NCBI GenBank assembly: GCA_964626205.1
Contig: CAZVED010000005.1
Coordinates: forward strand, 31,603 to 95,602
Origin: an uncultured Gammaproteobacteria bacterium
GTDB lineage: Bacteria > Patescibacteriota > Patescibacteriia > SG8-24
Length of the DNA stretch: 64,000 nt
Reading direction: 5' to 3'
Shown here: positions 11,137 through 19,114 of the stretch, piece by piece
Layout of the letters: every line of letters begins with the position of its first letter
Position numbering within the stretch: position 1 is the first letter of the stretch
Program-made: the position numbers and the translations under genes
Notes under the pieces: model-generated
What the model was told of the DNA's origin: nothing
What the model saw: the letters and a program-made list of their open reading frames with translations, nothing else
The model's database searches: none

Positions 11137-11817
11137 ATGGCACACGGAAAGCGCTACAACGAACTCGCGAAACTTGTCGACCGGACCAAGACCTACTCCG
11201 TCGAAGAGGCGGTCGCTCTCGTGAAGAAGACCTCCACCACCAAGTTTGATGGCTCCGTCGAAGTCCACGTCCGTCTCGGTATCGACCCGAAGAAGTCCGA
11301 CCAGCAGGTCCGCTCCACAGTGAGCCTTCCGCACGGTACGGGTAAGACGAAGAAGATTGCCGTCTTCACGGGCGGTGACAAGGAAAAGGAAGCGACGGAT
11401 GCGGGTGCGGACATTGTCGGCGGCGAAGAACTTATCGGCGAAATCGCCAAGTCCGGCAAGATCGACTTCGATGTCGCAATCGCAACGCCGGACATGATGC
11501 CGAAGCTCGCAAAGGTCGCAAAAATCCTCGGTCCGCGCGGCCTCATGCCGTCCCCGAAGAACGACACGGTCACCACGAACCTGACGAAGACCATCGAAGA
11601 GCTCAAGAAGGGTAAGGTCGCTTTCAAGACCGATGACACCGCCAACGTCCACCAGATCGTCGGCAAGGCATCGTTCTCGGAGGCCCAGCTCATCGAGAAC
11701 CTCACCGCGTTCATGGACGCGCTGAAGCGCAACAAGCCGTCGTCCTCCAAGGGCGTCTTCATCAAGAGCGTCACCCTGACCTCCACGATGGGCCCTGGTA
11801 TCAAGGTCGCAGCATAA
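11137..11817 (+). CDS. rplA: 50S ribosomal protein L1
   Basis: MAHGKRYNELAKLVDRTKTYSVEEAVALVKK... The intergenic hairpin ggtccgcacgcggacc at about 11089-11110 may be an L1 autoregulatory site. Confidence 0.95.
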   Translation: MAHGKRYNELAKLVDRTKTYSVEEAVALVKKTSTTKFDGSVEVHVRLGIDPKKSDQQVRSTVSLPHGTGKTKKIAVFTGGDKEKEATDAGADIVGGEELIGEIAKSGKIDFDVAIATPDMMPKLAKVAKILGPRGLMPSPKNDTVTTNLTKTIEELKKGKVAFKTDDTANVHQIVGKASFSEAQLIENLTAFMDALKRNKPSSSKGVFIKSVTLTSTMGPGIKVAA

Positions 11818-11834
11818 GCGAACAGACCCGGAAA

Positions 11835-11865
11835 GACCGCCCTGCAACGGGCGGTCTTTCGTTCC
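11835..11865 (+). terminator. rho-independent terminator after rplA
   Basis: gaccgccctgcaacgggcggtc followed by tttcgttcc. Confidence 0.65.
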
Positions 11866-11902
11866 TTGAAACGGCTTCCCTTTTCCGCTACGCTTCCGCC
11901 AT

Positions 11903-12481
11903 ATGATTCTCTCCGACAAGGACATCAAGCAAGCGCTCGCCGATGGACGGATTTCCATTGATCCGTACGACCCGTCATACGTGCAGCCGGCCTCCGTGGA
12001 CCTCCGCCTGGACCGGACGTTCCTTATCTTCGACACGGTGAATCACTACGTCATCGACGTCCGCAAACCGGCGGACGACCTTATGCGCAAAGTAGTCATC
12101 AAAGATGATGAGCCGTTCATCCTCCATCCGGGCGAGTTCGCGCTCGGCGCCACCTTCGAAGAGGTCGGTGTGGGCAACGACATGGTCGGCCGCTTGGAGG
12201 GAAAAAGTTCGCTCGGCCGGCTCGGCATCATCATCCACGCCACCGCCGGCTACCTCGACCCAGGCAACAAACTCAAGATGACGCTCGAACTCTCCAACAT
12301 CGGCTCGCTTCCGGTGAAGCTCTATTACAAGATGCCGATCGCGCAGATGTCCTACTCCCCGCTTTCGAGCGTCTGTGAAAATCCGTACGGCAGCGGAAAA
12401 CTGCACTCCAAGTACTACGGCGCCCAGGAACCGCAAGCATCGCAGATGTGGAAAAATTTTGAAAAAAAGGATACTGAATGA
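11903..12481 (+). CDS. dcd: dCTP deaminase
   Basis: MILSDKDIKQALADGRISIDPYDPSYVQPASVDLRLDRTF... typical Dcd N-terminus and length. Its stop overlaps the next start (ATGA). Confidence 0.85.
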   Translation: MILSDKDIKQALADGRISIDPYDPSYVQPASVDLRLDRTFLIFDTVNHYVIDVRKPADDLMRKVVIKDDEPFILHPGEFALGATFEEVGVGNDMVGRLEGKSSLGRLGIIIHATAGYLDPGNKLKMTLELSNIGSLPVKLYYKMPIAQMSYSPLSSVCENPYGSGKLHSKYYGAQEPQASQMWKNFEKKDTE

Positions 12482-12879
12482 TCCGTATGGTGCTCCGCTC
12501 CCGCAACTCCATGGCCGCAACCGTCGCAGCAATCGCTGTCGGCGTGTTCGGCGCGCTACCAACGTTCGCGCAAACAACGATGGATTACGGCATGGACTAC
12601 GCTGAGGGTATCGGCCTCCCATCCGCACCGTTGCAGACCATCATCACCGGCTTTCTCCGCGCAACCCTCGGCTTCGTCGGCTTCGCCATGGTGCTCCAGA
12701 TCATGTACGCCGGCTACCTCATGATGACCCACGGCGACAAGGAAGAAGCGCGCGAGAAGGCCGTCGCCGCGCTTACGCAGAGCGTCGTCGGCTTTCTCAT
12801 CATCGCCACCGCCACCTCTACCGCGAAGTTCGTCGTGAATGCGGTGGTGAACGCGCAGAACGGCGGCTTCTACTCCTAG
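12478..12879 (+). CDS. TrbC/VirB2-like T4SS pilin family protein (signal peptide + two hydrophobic helices)
   Basis: Signal peptide ending ALPTFAQ, then helices LQTIITGFLRATLGFVGFAMVLQIMYAGYLMM and SVVGFLIIATATSTAKFVVNAV. RBS aagga. ATGA overlap with the dcd stop, and dut starts 5 nt after its stop. Confidence 0.65.
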   Translation: MIRMVLRSRNSMAATVAAIAVGVFGALPTFAQTTMDYGMDYAEGIGLPSAPLQTIITGFLRATLGFVGFAMVLQIMYAGYLMMTHGDKEEAREKAVAALTQSVVGFLIIATATSTAKFVVNAVVNAQNGGFYS

Positions 12880-12883
12880 CACC

Positions 12884-13318
12884 ATGAACCTCCGCATCAC
12901 CCGCATCGACAAGGGGCTCCCGCTGCCGAAATACGAAACGTCCGGCGCCTGCGCGTTCGATGTCTTCGCGCGTGAAGAGGTGGTCGTGGCGCCAAAGTCC
13001 CTCGGCATGATTCCGACCGGCCTCGTGGTCTGCGTACCTAGCGGCCACACACTTCTCCTCGCCTCGCGCTCCTCCACCCCAAAAAAGAAAGGCTTGCTCA
13101 TCCCCCACGGCATCGGCATCGTGGATCAAGACTACTGCGGCCCGGAGGACGAGATGAAAGTGCAAGTCTGGAACTTCACCGATGAGCCAGTTACCGTCAC
13201 ACGTGGCGAACGCATCGCTCAAGCCATGCTCGTCCCCATCGTCCGTGCAGAGCTCGTCGAGACAGAGGCTGGCACACTGCAAGAAAAAAGTCGTGGCGGA
13301 TTCGGAAGTACAGGATGA
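12884..13318 (+). CDS. dut: dUTP diphosphatase
   Basis: dUTPase motifs GIGIVDQDYCG and the C-terminal RGGFGSTG. Confidence 0.9.
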   Translation: MNLRITRIDKGLPLPKYETSGACAFDVFAREEVVVAPKSLGMIPTGLVVCVPSGHTLLLASRSSTPKKKGLLIPHGIGIVDQDYCGPEDEMKVQVWNFTDEPVTVTRGERIAQAMLVPIVRAELVETEAGTLQEKSRGGFGSTG

Positions 13319-13350
13319 AAAAATGACCCTCTGCTGAGAGGGTCATTTGC
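13319..13350. terminator. bidirectional terminator between dut (+) and gmk (-)
   Basis: gaaaaaatgaccctctgctgagagggtcatttgcg (A-run, hairpin, T-run). Confidence 0.7.
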
Positions 13351-13360
13351 GTTGGAGAAG

Positions 13361-13957
13361 CTACTCCTTATCTGCAACCGGCGGAATGTCGTCACGTCGC
13401 TCCACGATGGCAAGCAGTTCCTCGACCGTTGCCTTGAGCATTCCGTCGCGGTTCGTAATGACGCTGCCGAACTCGTGTGCCGCGGCGACCTCCTCACGTG
13501 CGCGCTGCATGCGCCACTCGACGTCCTCCTTGGACCGCTGACGCGCTTCATGCCGCTTGCGAAGCTGCTCCAGCGACTCCGGCCGGATGAAGATGGACCG
13601 TGATTCAGGGAACGCAGCAAGAGCCTTGCGTGCGCCATTCACGTCGATGACCGCGAAAACGACATCGTAGTCGTGCAGCATCTGTTCGATGACGACACGG
13701 GAAGAACCGTACAGGTTCCCGTCGAACTCGTTGTACTCAAGGAACTCTCCGCGCTCGATCCTGCGCTCGAACTCCTCACGATCAATGAAGTGATAGTCTT
13801 CTCCATCGACCTCTCGGTCCCCTTTCGGACGCGTCGTCGTCGTGACCAGGCGCGCAGCAGAAGGCAGGCGCGCGATCGCCTCTTCGACAATGGTCGTCTT
13901 TCCGCCCGCGGACGGACCGATGACGACGACCAATTCACCGTGCTTGCCATGCTCCAT
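13361..13957 (-). CDS. gmk: guanylate kinase
   Basis: MEHGKHGELVVVIGPSAGGKTT (P-loop), TTTRPKGDREVDGEDYHFI. Alternative upstream start at 13996 (MVATMEL...). The 276-aa track ORF is over-extended. Confidence 0.85.
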   Translation of the reverse strand: MEHGKHGELVVVIGPSAGGKTTIVEEAIARLPSAARLVTTTTRPKGDREVDGEDYHFIDREEFERRIERGEFLEYNEFDGNLYGSSRVVIEQMLHDYDVVFAVIDVNGARKALAAFPESRSIFIRPESLEQLRKRHEARQRSKEDVEWRMQRAREEVAAAHEFGSVITNRDGMLKATVEELLAIVERRDDIPPVADKE

Positions 13958-14051
13958 AGGATCTCCATTGGATGGAAGCTCCATGGTAGCAACCATCCCC
14001 GTGGCGGGCAAGTACGAAAAGCCGGCCCGAAACATCGGGCCGGTACGGGAA

Positions 14052-14837
14052 TCAGACCTTGCGGTATGCGGGAACGTACGACGGAATGCCGTTGATGTCC
14101 TGGATGTCGTACCCTTGGAAGAAGTTCGGGTACCGTTCTGAGACCGTCGCAGCGACCTCCGCGAAGACGAGACGGATCTCCTCCTCTGCACCCTCGGACG
14201 TGCGCATCTCGATCACGTGCCGCAGCGCGCGGGCGTTGGCAGACCAGCCAATGGTCGTCGCGAGCCCTTCGGGCGCGAGACGGCGCATCGCCGACGTGAC
14301 CTCCTTCTTCTTGGCGAACGGCAGCGCGCCCTCGTCGAGCTTGAAGTGCGCGGCCAGCGTGCGCTGCATGTCCTCCAAGATCTCGACGGTCGAAGTGACG
14401 AGCTCGCAGACGACCTCATCTTCCGCGAAGCAGACCGGGAGCCAGAAGCCGATGTCCGTGAGACGCACGTACCGGAGGCTCTCCTGGGAGATGGCCGTGC
14501 CGGCACGGTGCCGGACGAGCTCGTGCGTGAACACGCGCGAGACGTCCGCGAAGACGAAGTTGAACTGGGGATGCTCGAGCACGGAGCCGTGCGCCGACTT
14601 CAGGATGTTCTCGAGGTACAGCGCATTGCCCTCGCGGATCTTCGTCACGTTCGGATTCAATCCGACTTCGAAGCTCCGGTAACACAGGCGACCGTAGAAC
14701 TCAGCGAGCTTCTCGGCGTCAGAGCCTGCATCCGTCGACCAGTGCGGGATGCCGAGATGCTTAAGATACGCCTGCAGGCCGTCGGGGACGATTCGTGTCT
14801 CCCCGATAAGGAAAACACGTGGAGTGACTGAACGCAT
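14052..14837 (-). CDS. thyX: FAD-dependent thymidylate synthase ThyX
   Basis: ThyX motif ELVRHRAGTAISQESLRYV (RHR...S). RBS aaggagg before ATG at 14837. Confidence 0.9.
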   Translation of the reverse strand: MRSVTPRVFLIGETRIVPDGLQAYLKHLGIPHWSTDAGSDAEKLAEFYGRLCYRSFEVGLNPNVTKIREGNALYLENILKSAHGSVLEHPQFNFVFADVSRVFTHELVRHRAGTAISQESLRYVRLTDIGFWLPVCFAEDEVVCELVTSTVEILEDMQRTLAAHFKLDEGALPFAKKKEVTSAMRRLAPEGLATTIGWSANARALRHVIEMRTSEGAEEEIRLVFAEVAATVSERYPNFFQGYDIQDINGIPSYVPAYRKV

Positions 14838-14962
14838 CGGATACCTCCTTGCTTGAACGCTGCTGCAGTATACACGTAGGCCAACTCCGGTCAACCGCAC
14901 CGTCCACCTGGCCCGCTTGCGATGAGATTCTCGGCATGGCAAGCTCCTTGCGGGAGGATCTT

Positions 14963-15691
14963 ATGACCCACGGCAAACTCATCGTCATCGAAGGTTCCGA
15001 CGGATCCGGCAAGGCCACGCAGACGAAGCTGCTTGCCGAACGAATCGGCCAAGACGTCGCGACCTTCGCCTTCCCCCGCTACGGCATGCCCGCAGCACAC
15101 CTGCTGCAGCGCTACCTCGGACGGAACATGGACCGCTACGCGCGGACCCTCACGCCGTACCAGGCCTCGTTCACCTACGCCGCAGACCGGCTCGACTGGG
15201 CTGTCACGGAAGGTTACGCGCTGCTGGAAAGCGGTGCGAACGTTCTCCTGGACCGGTACGTCCTGTCAAACCTGGCGCACCAAGGCGCCCGCATCCCGAA
15301 CTTCGAGATGCGACGCCTGTTCTACGACTGGTGCCTCGGGTTCGAATTCATGGACCTTCAGCTCCCTCGCCCGGACCTCACCGTCCTGCTCCACGTCGCA
15401 TCGGAAGTGAGCATCGCGCTCATCGAGAAACGCGGCGCAACGACGGACGCGCATGAGGCCGACCATAGCCACCTGCGCGCAGCGGAAGCCGCCTACCTCG
15501 AGCTCGCAGACCTCCTCCCCGGCCTCGGCCACAAAGTGCGCGTCGTGGAATGCATGCGCAATCCCGACATGTCCCCCGAGGACATCCGCACAGCACTCGC
15601 GGATGGCGGCATCGGAGCCGTCCTCCTCACGGAAGCGGAAATCCACGAGTGCGTCTGGGAGGCTGTCCAGCCGACCATCCTCGCCTCATGA
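14963..15691 (+). CDS. tmk: thymidylate kinase
   Basis: MTHGKLIVIEGSDGSGKATQTKLLAERIG. RBS gggagg before ATG at 14963. Track ORF extended from 14849. Confidence 0.88.
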   Translation: MTHGKLIVIEGSDGSGKATQTKLLAERIGQDVATFAFPRYGMPAAHLLQRYLGRNMDRYARTLTPYQASFTYAADRLDWAVTEGYALLESGANVLLDRYVLSNLAHQGARIPNFEMRRLFYDWCLGFEFMDLQLPRPDLTVLLHVASEVSIALIEKRGATTDAHEADHSHLRAAEAAYLELADLLPGLGHKVRVVECMRNPDMSPEDIRTALADGGIGAVLLTEAEIHECVWEAVQPTILAS

Positions 15692-15699
15692 ACCGCACG

Positions 15700-15730
15700 C
15701 CCCGCATCATCACGATGCGGGGTTTTTCTT
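15700..15730 (+). terminator. rho-independent terminator after tmk
   Basis: ccccgcatcatcacgatgcgggg followed by tttttcttg. Confidence 0.7.
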
Positions 15731-15816
15731 GTCCATAGACTTGACCGTACCGGCAAGCCATGCTACCCTCATCGGTCCGCCTCACTGCCAAACCGAGAGC
15801 GGAAGAGGGGTACGTC

Positions 15817-16197
15817 ATGAAGGACATGTACCAACAACCGGAATTCGAAGAACGGAAGTACGGATGGAACAGCGCCCTGCAACTCGGCTATCGGAAGACC
15901 GCGGCACTCATCGCGGACCGGAGTCATTGCTACACGGAGATCATGAACGCGCTTGCCGAAGAGGCAGGCATCGAGACCGCATTGGCGCACCTTGAGACGA
16001 TTGGCTATGCCCGATGGGCCTACCGTTTCGCGCGCCACGTCGCAGGACTCACCCCAGCGCAGCACAACCGCCTCATCGCCATCGTCACGGCCTCTGGCAG
16101 CATCGAGTACGCAACCTGGTACTTCGAAGATGTCGCTGACCTCACAGAAGATCATCTGTCACAGCTCCGTGCCGCCGCGTTACGGAAAGCCGCCTGA
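15817..16197 (+). CDS. hypothetical protein (126 aa)
   Basis: MKDMYQQPEFEERKYGWNS... Followed by a strong terminator. No family recognised. Confidence 0.4.
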   Translation: MKDMYQQPEFEERKYGWNSALQLGYRKTAALIADRSHCYTEIMNALAEEAGIETALAHLETIGYARWAYRFARHVAGLTPAQHNRLIAIVTASGSIEYATWYFEDVADLTEDHLSQLRAAALRKAA

Positions 16198-16204
16198 ATC
16201 GACC

Positions 16205-16245
16205 CCGGCACGACGTGTGCCGGGGTTTTTCTTTAAACATCAGCC
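16205..16245 (+). terminator. rho-independent terminator
   Basis: accccggcacgacgtgtgccggggt followed by ttttctttaaa. Confidence 0.7.
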
Positions 16246-16306
16246 AGCAAAACAAGTTCGGGAGTTCTCGTAGAATATGGCACGCGCGTCCGATATGAGG
16301 AGGTGA

Positions 16307-16365
16307 GCACGACGGGTACACTTTTTGGCGAGACTATGGCTCGACAAAAAGTCGTACCCCGAGAT
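16307..16365. repeat. 59-bp palindromic element, copy B (reverse complement of copy A at 8197-8255, one mismatch)
   Basis: gcacgacgggtacactttttggcgagactatggctcgacaaaaagtcgtaccccgagat is the reverse complement of copy A except for a T/C at one position. Confidence 0.85.
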
Positions 16366-16411
16366 GCTCACCATTCCTCCCCAAAAGACACTCGTGCTAT
16401 ACTATTTCCAT

Positions 16412-17167
16412 ATGCGTGAACTCATGAGCGCCACGGACCTCATCGTCGGGTCGTGGGAAAACCTCAAAAAGCACCTTTCTTCTTACCTCGGTTACGTGGT
16501 CTGGTTCATGGCGCTCGCGTTGGTGCAGTGGATCCTGCTCATCGTGACGCGCAACCTCATCGACGACGCCATCGTACGGACCATGGTCCACGCCCTGATA
16601 ACGCTCCCCGTCACGCTGATGGCCGCCGTCGTGAGCGTCGGCGTGACCCATATGACCGCCGAAACGCTTCAAGGCCGTCGTCCGGATCCTCGCGCGTCGT
16701 TCACGGTCGGCATCCACAAGCTCGTCTCCTTCATCTGGGTCTCGTTCCTCGTTGGCCTCATCCTCTTCTTTGGCGCGATTCTCCTCGTCGTTCCGTTCAT
16801 CCATTTCTTCGTCGCCTTGAATTTCGCAACGCTCTACCTCATCGTCGATGACGTCCGTGGAACTGCCGCACTCCGCGCGAGCCGCGACCTCGTCGCCGGA
16901 CGCTGGTGGCCGGCCATGTGGCGCATCGCGATTCCGCTCCTCTTCTTCAACGTCGCCGCCGCGCTCGCTATTTCGTTGCTCTACCTCGTCATCGGCGCCT
17001 TCTTCGGCGATCCCCGCATCTTCTTCCAGGATGTCACCAGCGTCTACGACATCTCCAACGCGCAACTCCTCGTGACCACCGTCCTTCCCCAGGTCATCGC
17101 CGGCTTCATGCTTCCGCTCTACGCTGCCGCGGAGCTACTGCTCTGGTTCGACATGAAACGGGGGTAA
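16412..17167 (+). CDS. hypothetical polytopic membrane protein
   Basis: MRELMSATDLIVGSW... with six or more hydrophobic helices. TATACT -10-like hexamer 12 nt upstream. The track ORF from 16325 starts inside repeat B. Confidence 0.5.
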   Translation: MRELMSATDLIVGSWENLKKHLSSYLGYVVWFMALALVQWILLIVTRNLIDDAIVRTMVHALITLPVTLMAAVVSVGVTHMTAETLQGRRPDPRASFTVGIHKLVSFIWVSFLVGLILFFGAILLVVPFIHFFVALNFATLYLIVDDVRGTAALRASRDLVAGRWWPAMWRIAIPLLFFNVAAALAISLLYLVIGAFFGDPRIFFQDVTSVYDISNAQLLVTTVLPQVIAGFMLPLYAAAELLLWFDMKRG

Positions 17168-17193
17168 CCGTGCCTTGAACGGAACCCTCCCGT

Positions 17194-18741
17194 ATGGGAG
17201 ACTACAGGGGTCATCAACCCCTTTTTATGCGCCTCGAACCCGTCATCGGGCTGGAGATCCACGTCCAGCTCAAGACCAAGTCCAAAATGTTCTGCTCCTG
17301 TTCCAACAGGGGCGAATTCGAGTCGCCCAACGTCACGGTCTGCGAGATCTGCCTCGGCCACCCCGGCACCCTCCCGGTCGTGAACGCTCAGGCAGTCCGG
17401 TTCGGCGTGCTTGCCGGCCTCGCCTTTGGCGGCACCATCGCCGGACACTCCAAGTTCGACCGCAAGAACTACTTCTACCCAGACCTCCCGAAGGGGTACC
17501 AAATCTCCCAGTTCGACCTGCCCATCGTCTCCGGTGGCGTCTTGCAGTTCACCGTGAAAGACGAGAATGGGAACGAGATCGTCCGCGAATGTCGCATCAC
17601 CCGCCTGCACCTCGAAGAGGACGCGGCGAAGCTCTCCCATTCCCCGGACGGCGGCTCTTCCTTGGTGGATTACAATCGCGCCGGCACCCCGCTCGCGGAG
17701 ATCGTCACGGAGCCCGACCTACGCTCTCCTGCCGAAGCCAAAGCGTTTCTGCAGGAGCTCCGTCTCCTCATGCGCTACGTCGGCGTTTCGGATGCAGACA
17801 TGGAAAAAGGCCACCTCCGTTGCGACGCCAACGTCTCCTTGCGCGAGGCGGGCAGCGACCGCCTGTACCCCAAGACTGAGGTAAAGAACATCAACTCGTT
17901 CCGCTCAGTGGAGCGCGCCTTGGATTATGAGATCAAGCGCCAAACCAAGCTCTGGCTCGACGACAAGCCGCCGATGGACCTCACGACACGCGGCTGGGAC
18001 GACACCAAGGGCATCACGGTCGAGCAGCGCACCAAGGAGGGCGCGAGCGACTACCGCTACTTCCCGGAGCCCGACCTCCCTCCCCTGCACCTCACCGAGC
18101 TCGGCGAAGAGCTCCGCGCAAAGGTTCCTGAGCTTCCCACAGCACGGCGGGCGCGTTTCATGGACGAATACGGCTTCTCCAAGGACGATGCCGCGACCAT
18201 CTGTGACGACCTCGCCCTTGCCGCCTATGCCGAGAAGGTCTTCAGCGAGCTCCAGGAGTGGGCCTCGACGCAAGCAAAGGCTGACGGCAAGGCGTTCGAT
18301 TGGGATACTGAGCGTCCCGCATACAGTCGCCTCGTTGCTGGCTGGCTCCTCACCAAGCTCCGCGGCGTCATGGCCGAGCACAAAATCGACATCCGTACGC
18401 TGAAAATCCTCCCTGAGAACTTTGCTGAGCTCATCGTCATGATCGCGCAAAAGAAGGTCACGGGTGCAAACGGCCTCGTCATCCTCACTGAGATGGCCAT
18501 GTCCGGTGCAGATCCGTCCATTATCATGGAAGAAAAGAACCTCGGCGCCATCGAGGACTCCGGCGAATTGGAGCTAGCCGTGAAGAACGCCATCGTCGCT
18601 AACGAGAAGTCCGTCGCGGACTACAAGGCTGGCAAAGAAGCCGCCATCATGTTCTTGGTCGGCCAAGTCATGCGCCTTACCAAGGGCAAGGCGGATCCGG
18701 AGACCGCGAAGGAACTGCTCAAAAAAGAGCTCGCAGGGTAA
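17194..18741 (+). CDS. gatB: aspartyl/glutamyl-tRNA(Asn/Gln) amidotransferase subunit B
   Basis: EPVIGLEIHVQLKTKSKMFCSC, the GatB/YqeY C-terminal domain. The start may be the Met at 17227. No gatA/gatC adjacent. Confidence 0.9.
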   Translation: MGDYRGHQPLFMRLEPVIGLEIHVQLKTKSKMFCSCSNRGEFESPNVTVCEICLGHPGTLPVVNAQAVRFGVLAGLAFGGTIAGHSKFDRKNYFYPDLPKGYQISQFDLPIVSGGVLQFTVKDENGNEIVRECRITRLHLEEDAAKLSHSPDGGSSLVDYNRAGTPLAEIVTEPDLRSPAEAKAFLQELRLLMRYVGVSDADMEKGHLRCDANVSLREAGSDRLYPKTEVKNINSFRSVERALDYEIKRQTKLWLDDKPPMDLTTRGWDDTKGITVEQRTKEGASDYRYFPEPDLPPLHLTELGEELRAKVPELPTARRARFMDEYGFSKDDAATICDDLALAAYAEKVFSELQEWASTQAKADGKAFDWDTERPAYSRLVAGWLLTKLRGVMAEHKIDIRTLKILPENFAELIVMIAQKKVTGANGLVILTEMAMSGADPSIIMEEKNLGAIEDSGELELAVKNAIVANEKSVADYKAGKEAAIMFLVGQVMRLTKGKADPETAKELLKKELAG

Positions 18742-18743
18742 CG

Positions 18744-18775
18744 AAAAATCCCGCCGAACGGCGGGATTTTTCTTA
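18744..18775. terminator. bidirectional terminator (gatB + / small zinc-ribbon gene -)
   Basis: aaaaatcccgccgaacggcgggatttttc. Confidence 0.7.
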
Positions 18776-18789
18776 GACCTTTTACGGTC

Positions 18790-18960
18790 TTATGCCTTCT
18801 TGCTCGGCAGGATCTTGAACATGCCCGTTCCGCAGACAGAGCAGACGCCTTTCATGGCCGGGCGCGTTCCGCCGCCCTTGGCCGGCATCGCAACTTCGGC
18901 AGCGTCCTTCATGGCACGCTTGTCCTTGCACTTTACGCAATAGCCGATGACCTCTTCCAT
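18790..18960 (-). CDS. small zinc-ribbon protein, 56 aa (CxxC...CxxC). Below the 60-aa cutoff of the ORF track
   Basis: Minus-strand translation MEEVIGYCVKCKDKRAMKDAAEVAMPAKGGGTRPAMKGVCSVCGTGMFKILPSKKA. Sits in a protein-free gap flanked by a terminator. Resembles small Cys4 ribbon proteins (DUF5679-like) from memory only. Confidence 0.45.
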   Translation of the reverse strand: MEEVIGYCVKCKDKRAMKDAAEVAMPAKGGGTRPAMKGVCSVCGTGMFKILPSKKA

Positions 18961-19048
18961 AGTAGGATGAAGCTTAAGAGTTCTGCATACAGTTTAGCAT
19001 AAATAAGGCTGGCTGGCTAGGACGTGCACCCTTATTGTGAAGCATAAA

Positions 19049-19063
19049 TGGCTTATTTTGGCT
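19049..19063 (+). repeat. 15-mer TGGCTTATTTTGGCT, copy 1 (AT-rich island downstream of miaA)
   Basis: Exact 15/15 match to 20079-20093. Tandem TGGCT half-sites. Nearby ggctggctggct at about 19025. Confidence 0.6.
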
Positions 19064-19114
19064 CAATAGAGCAAAAATAAGGTTATGCAAAAGAGCGTAA
19101 AAAATGAGCCTATT

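Noticed and set aside
16236-16411. An 8-kb transposon or integrative element delimited by the 59-bp inverted repeats
   Set aside because: The bracketed DNA includes essential rplK and rplA and no mobility gene. The repeats are better explained as REP-like palindromic elements or inversion substrates than as transposon ends.
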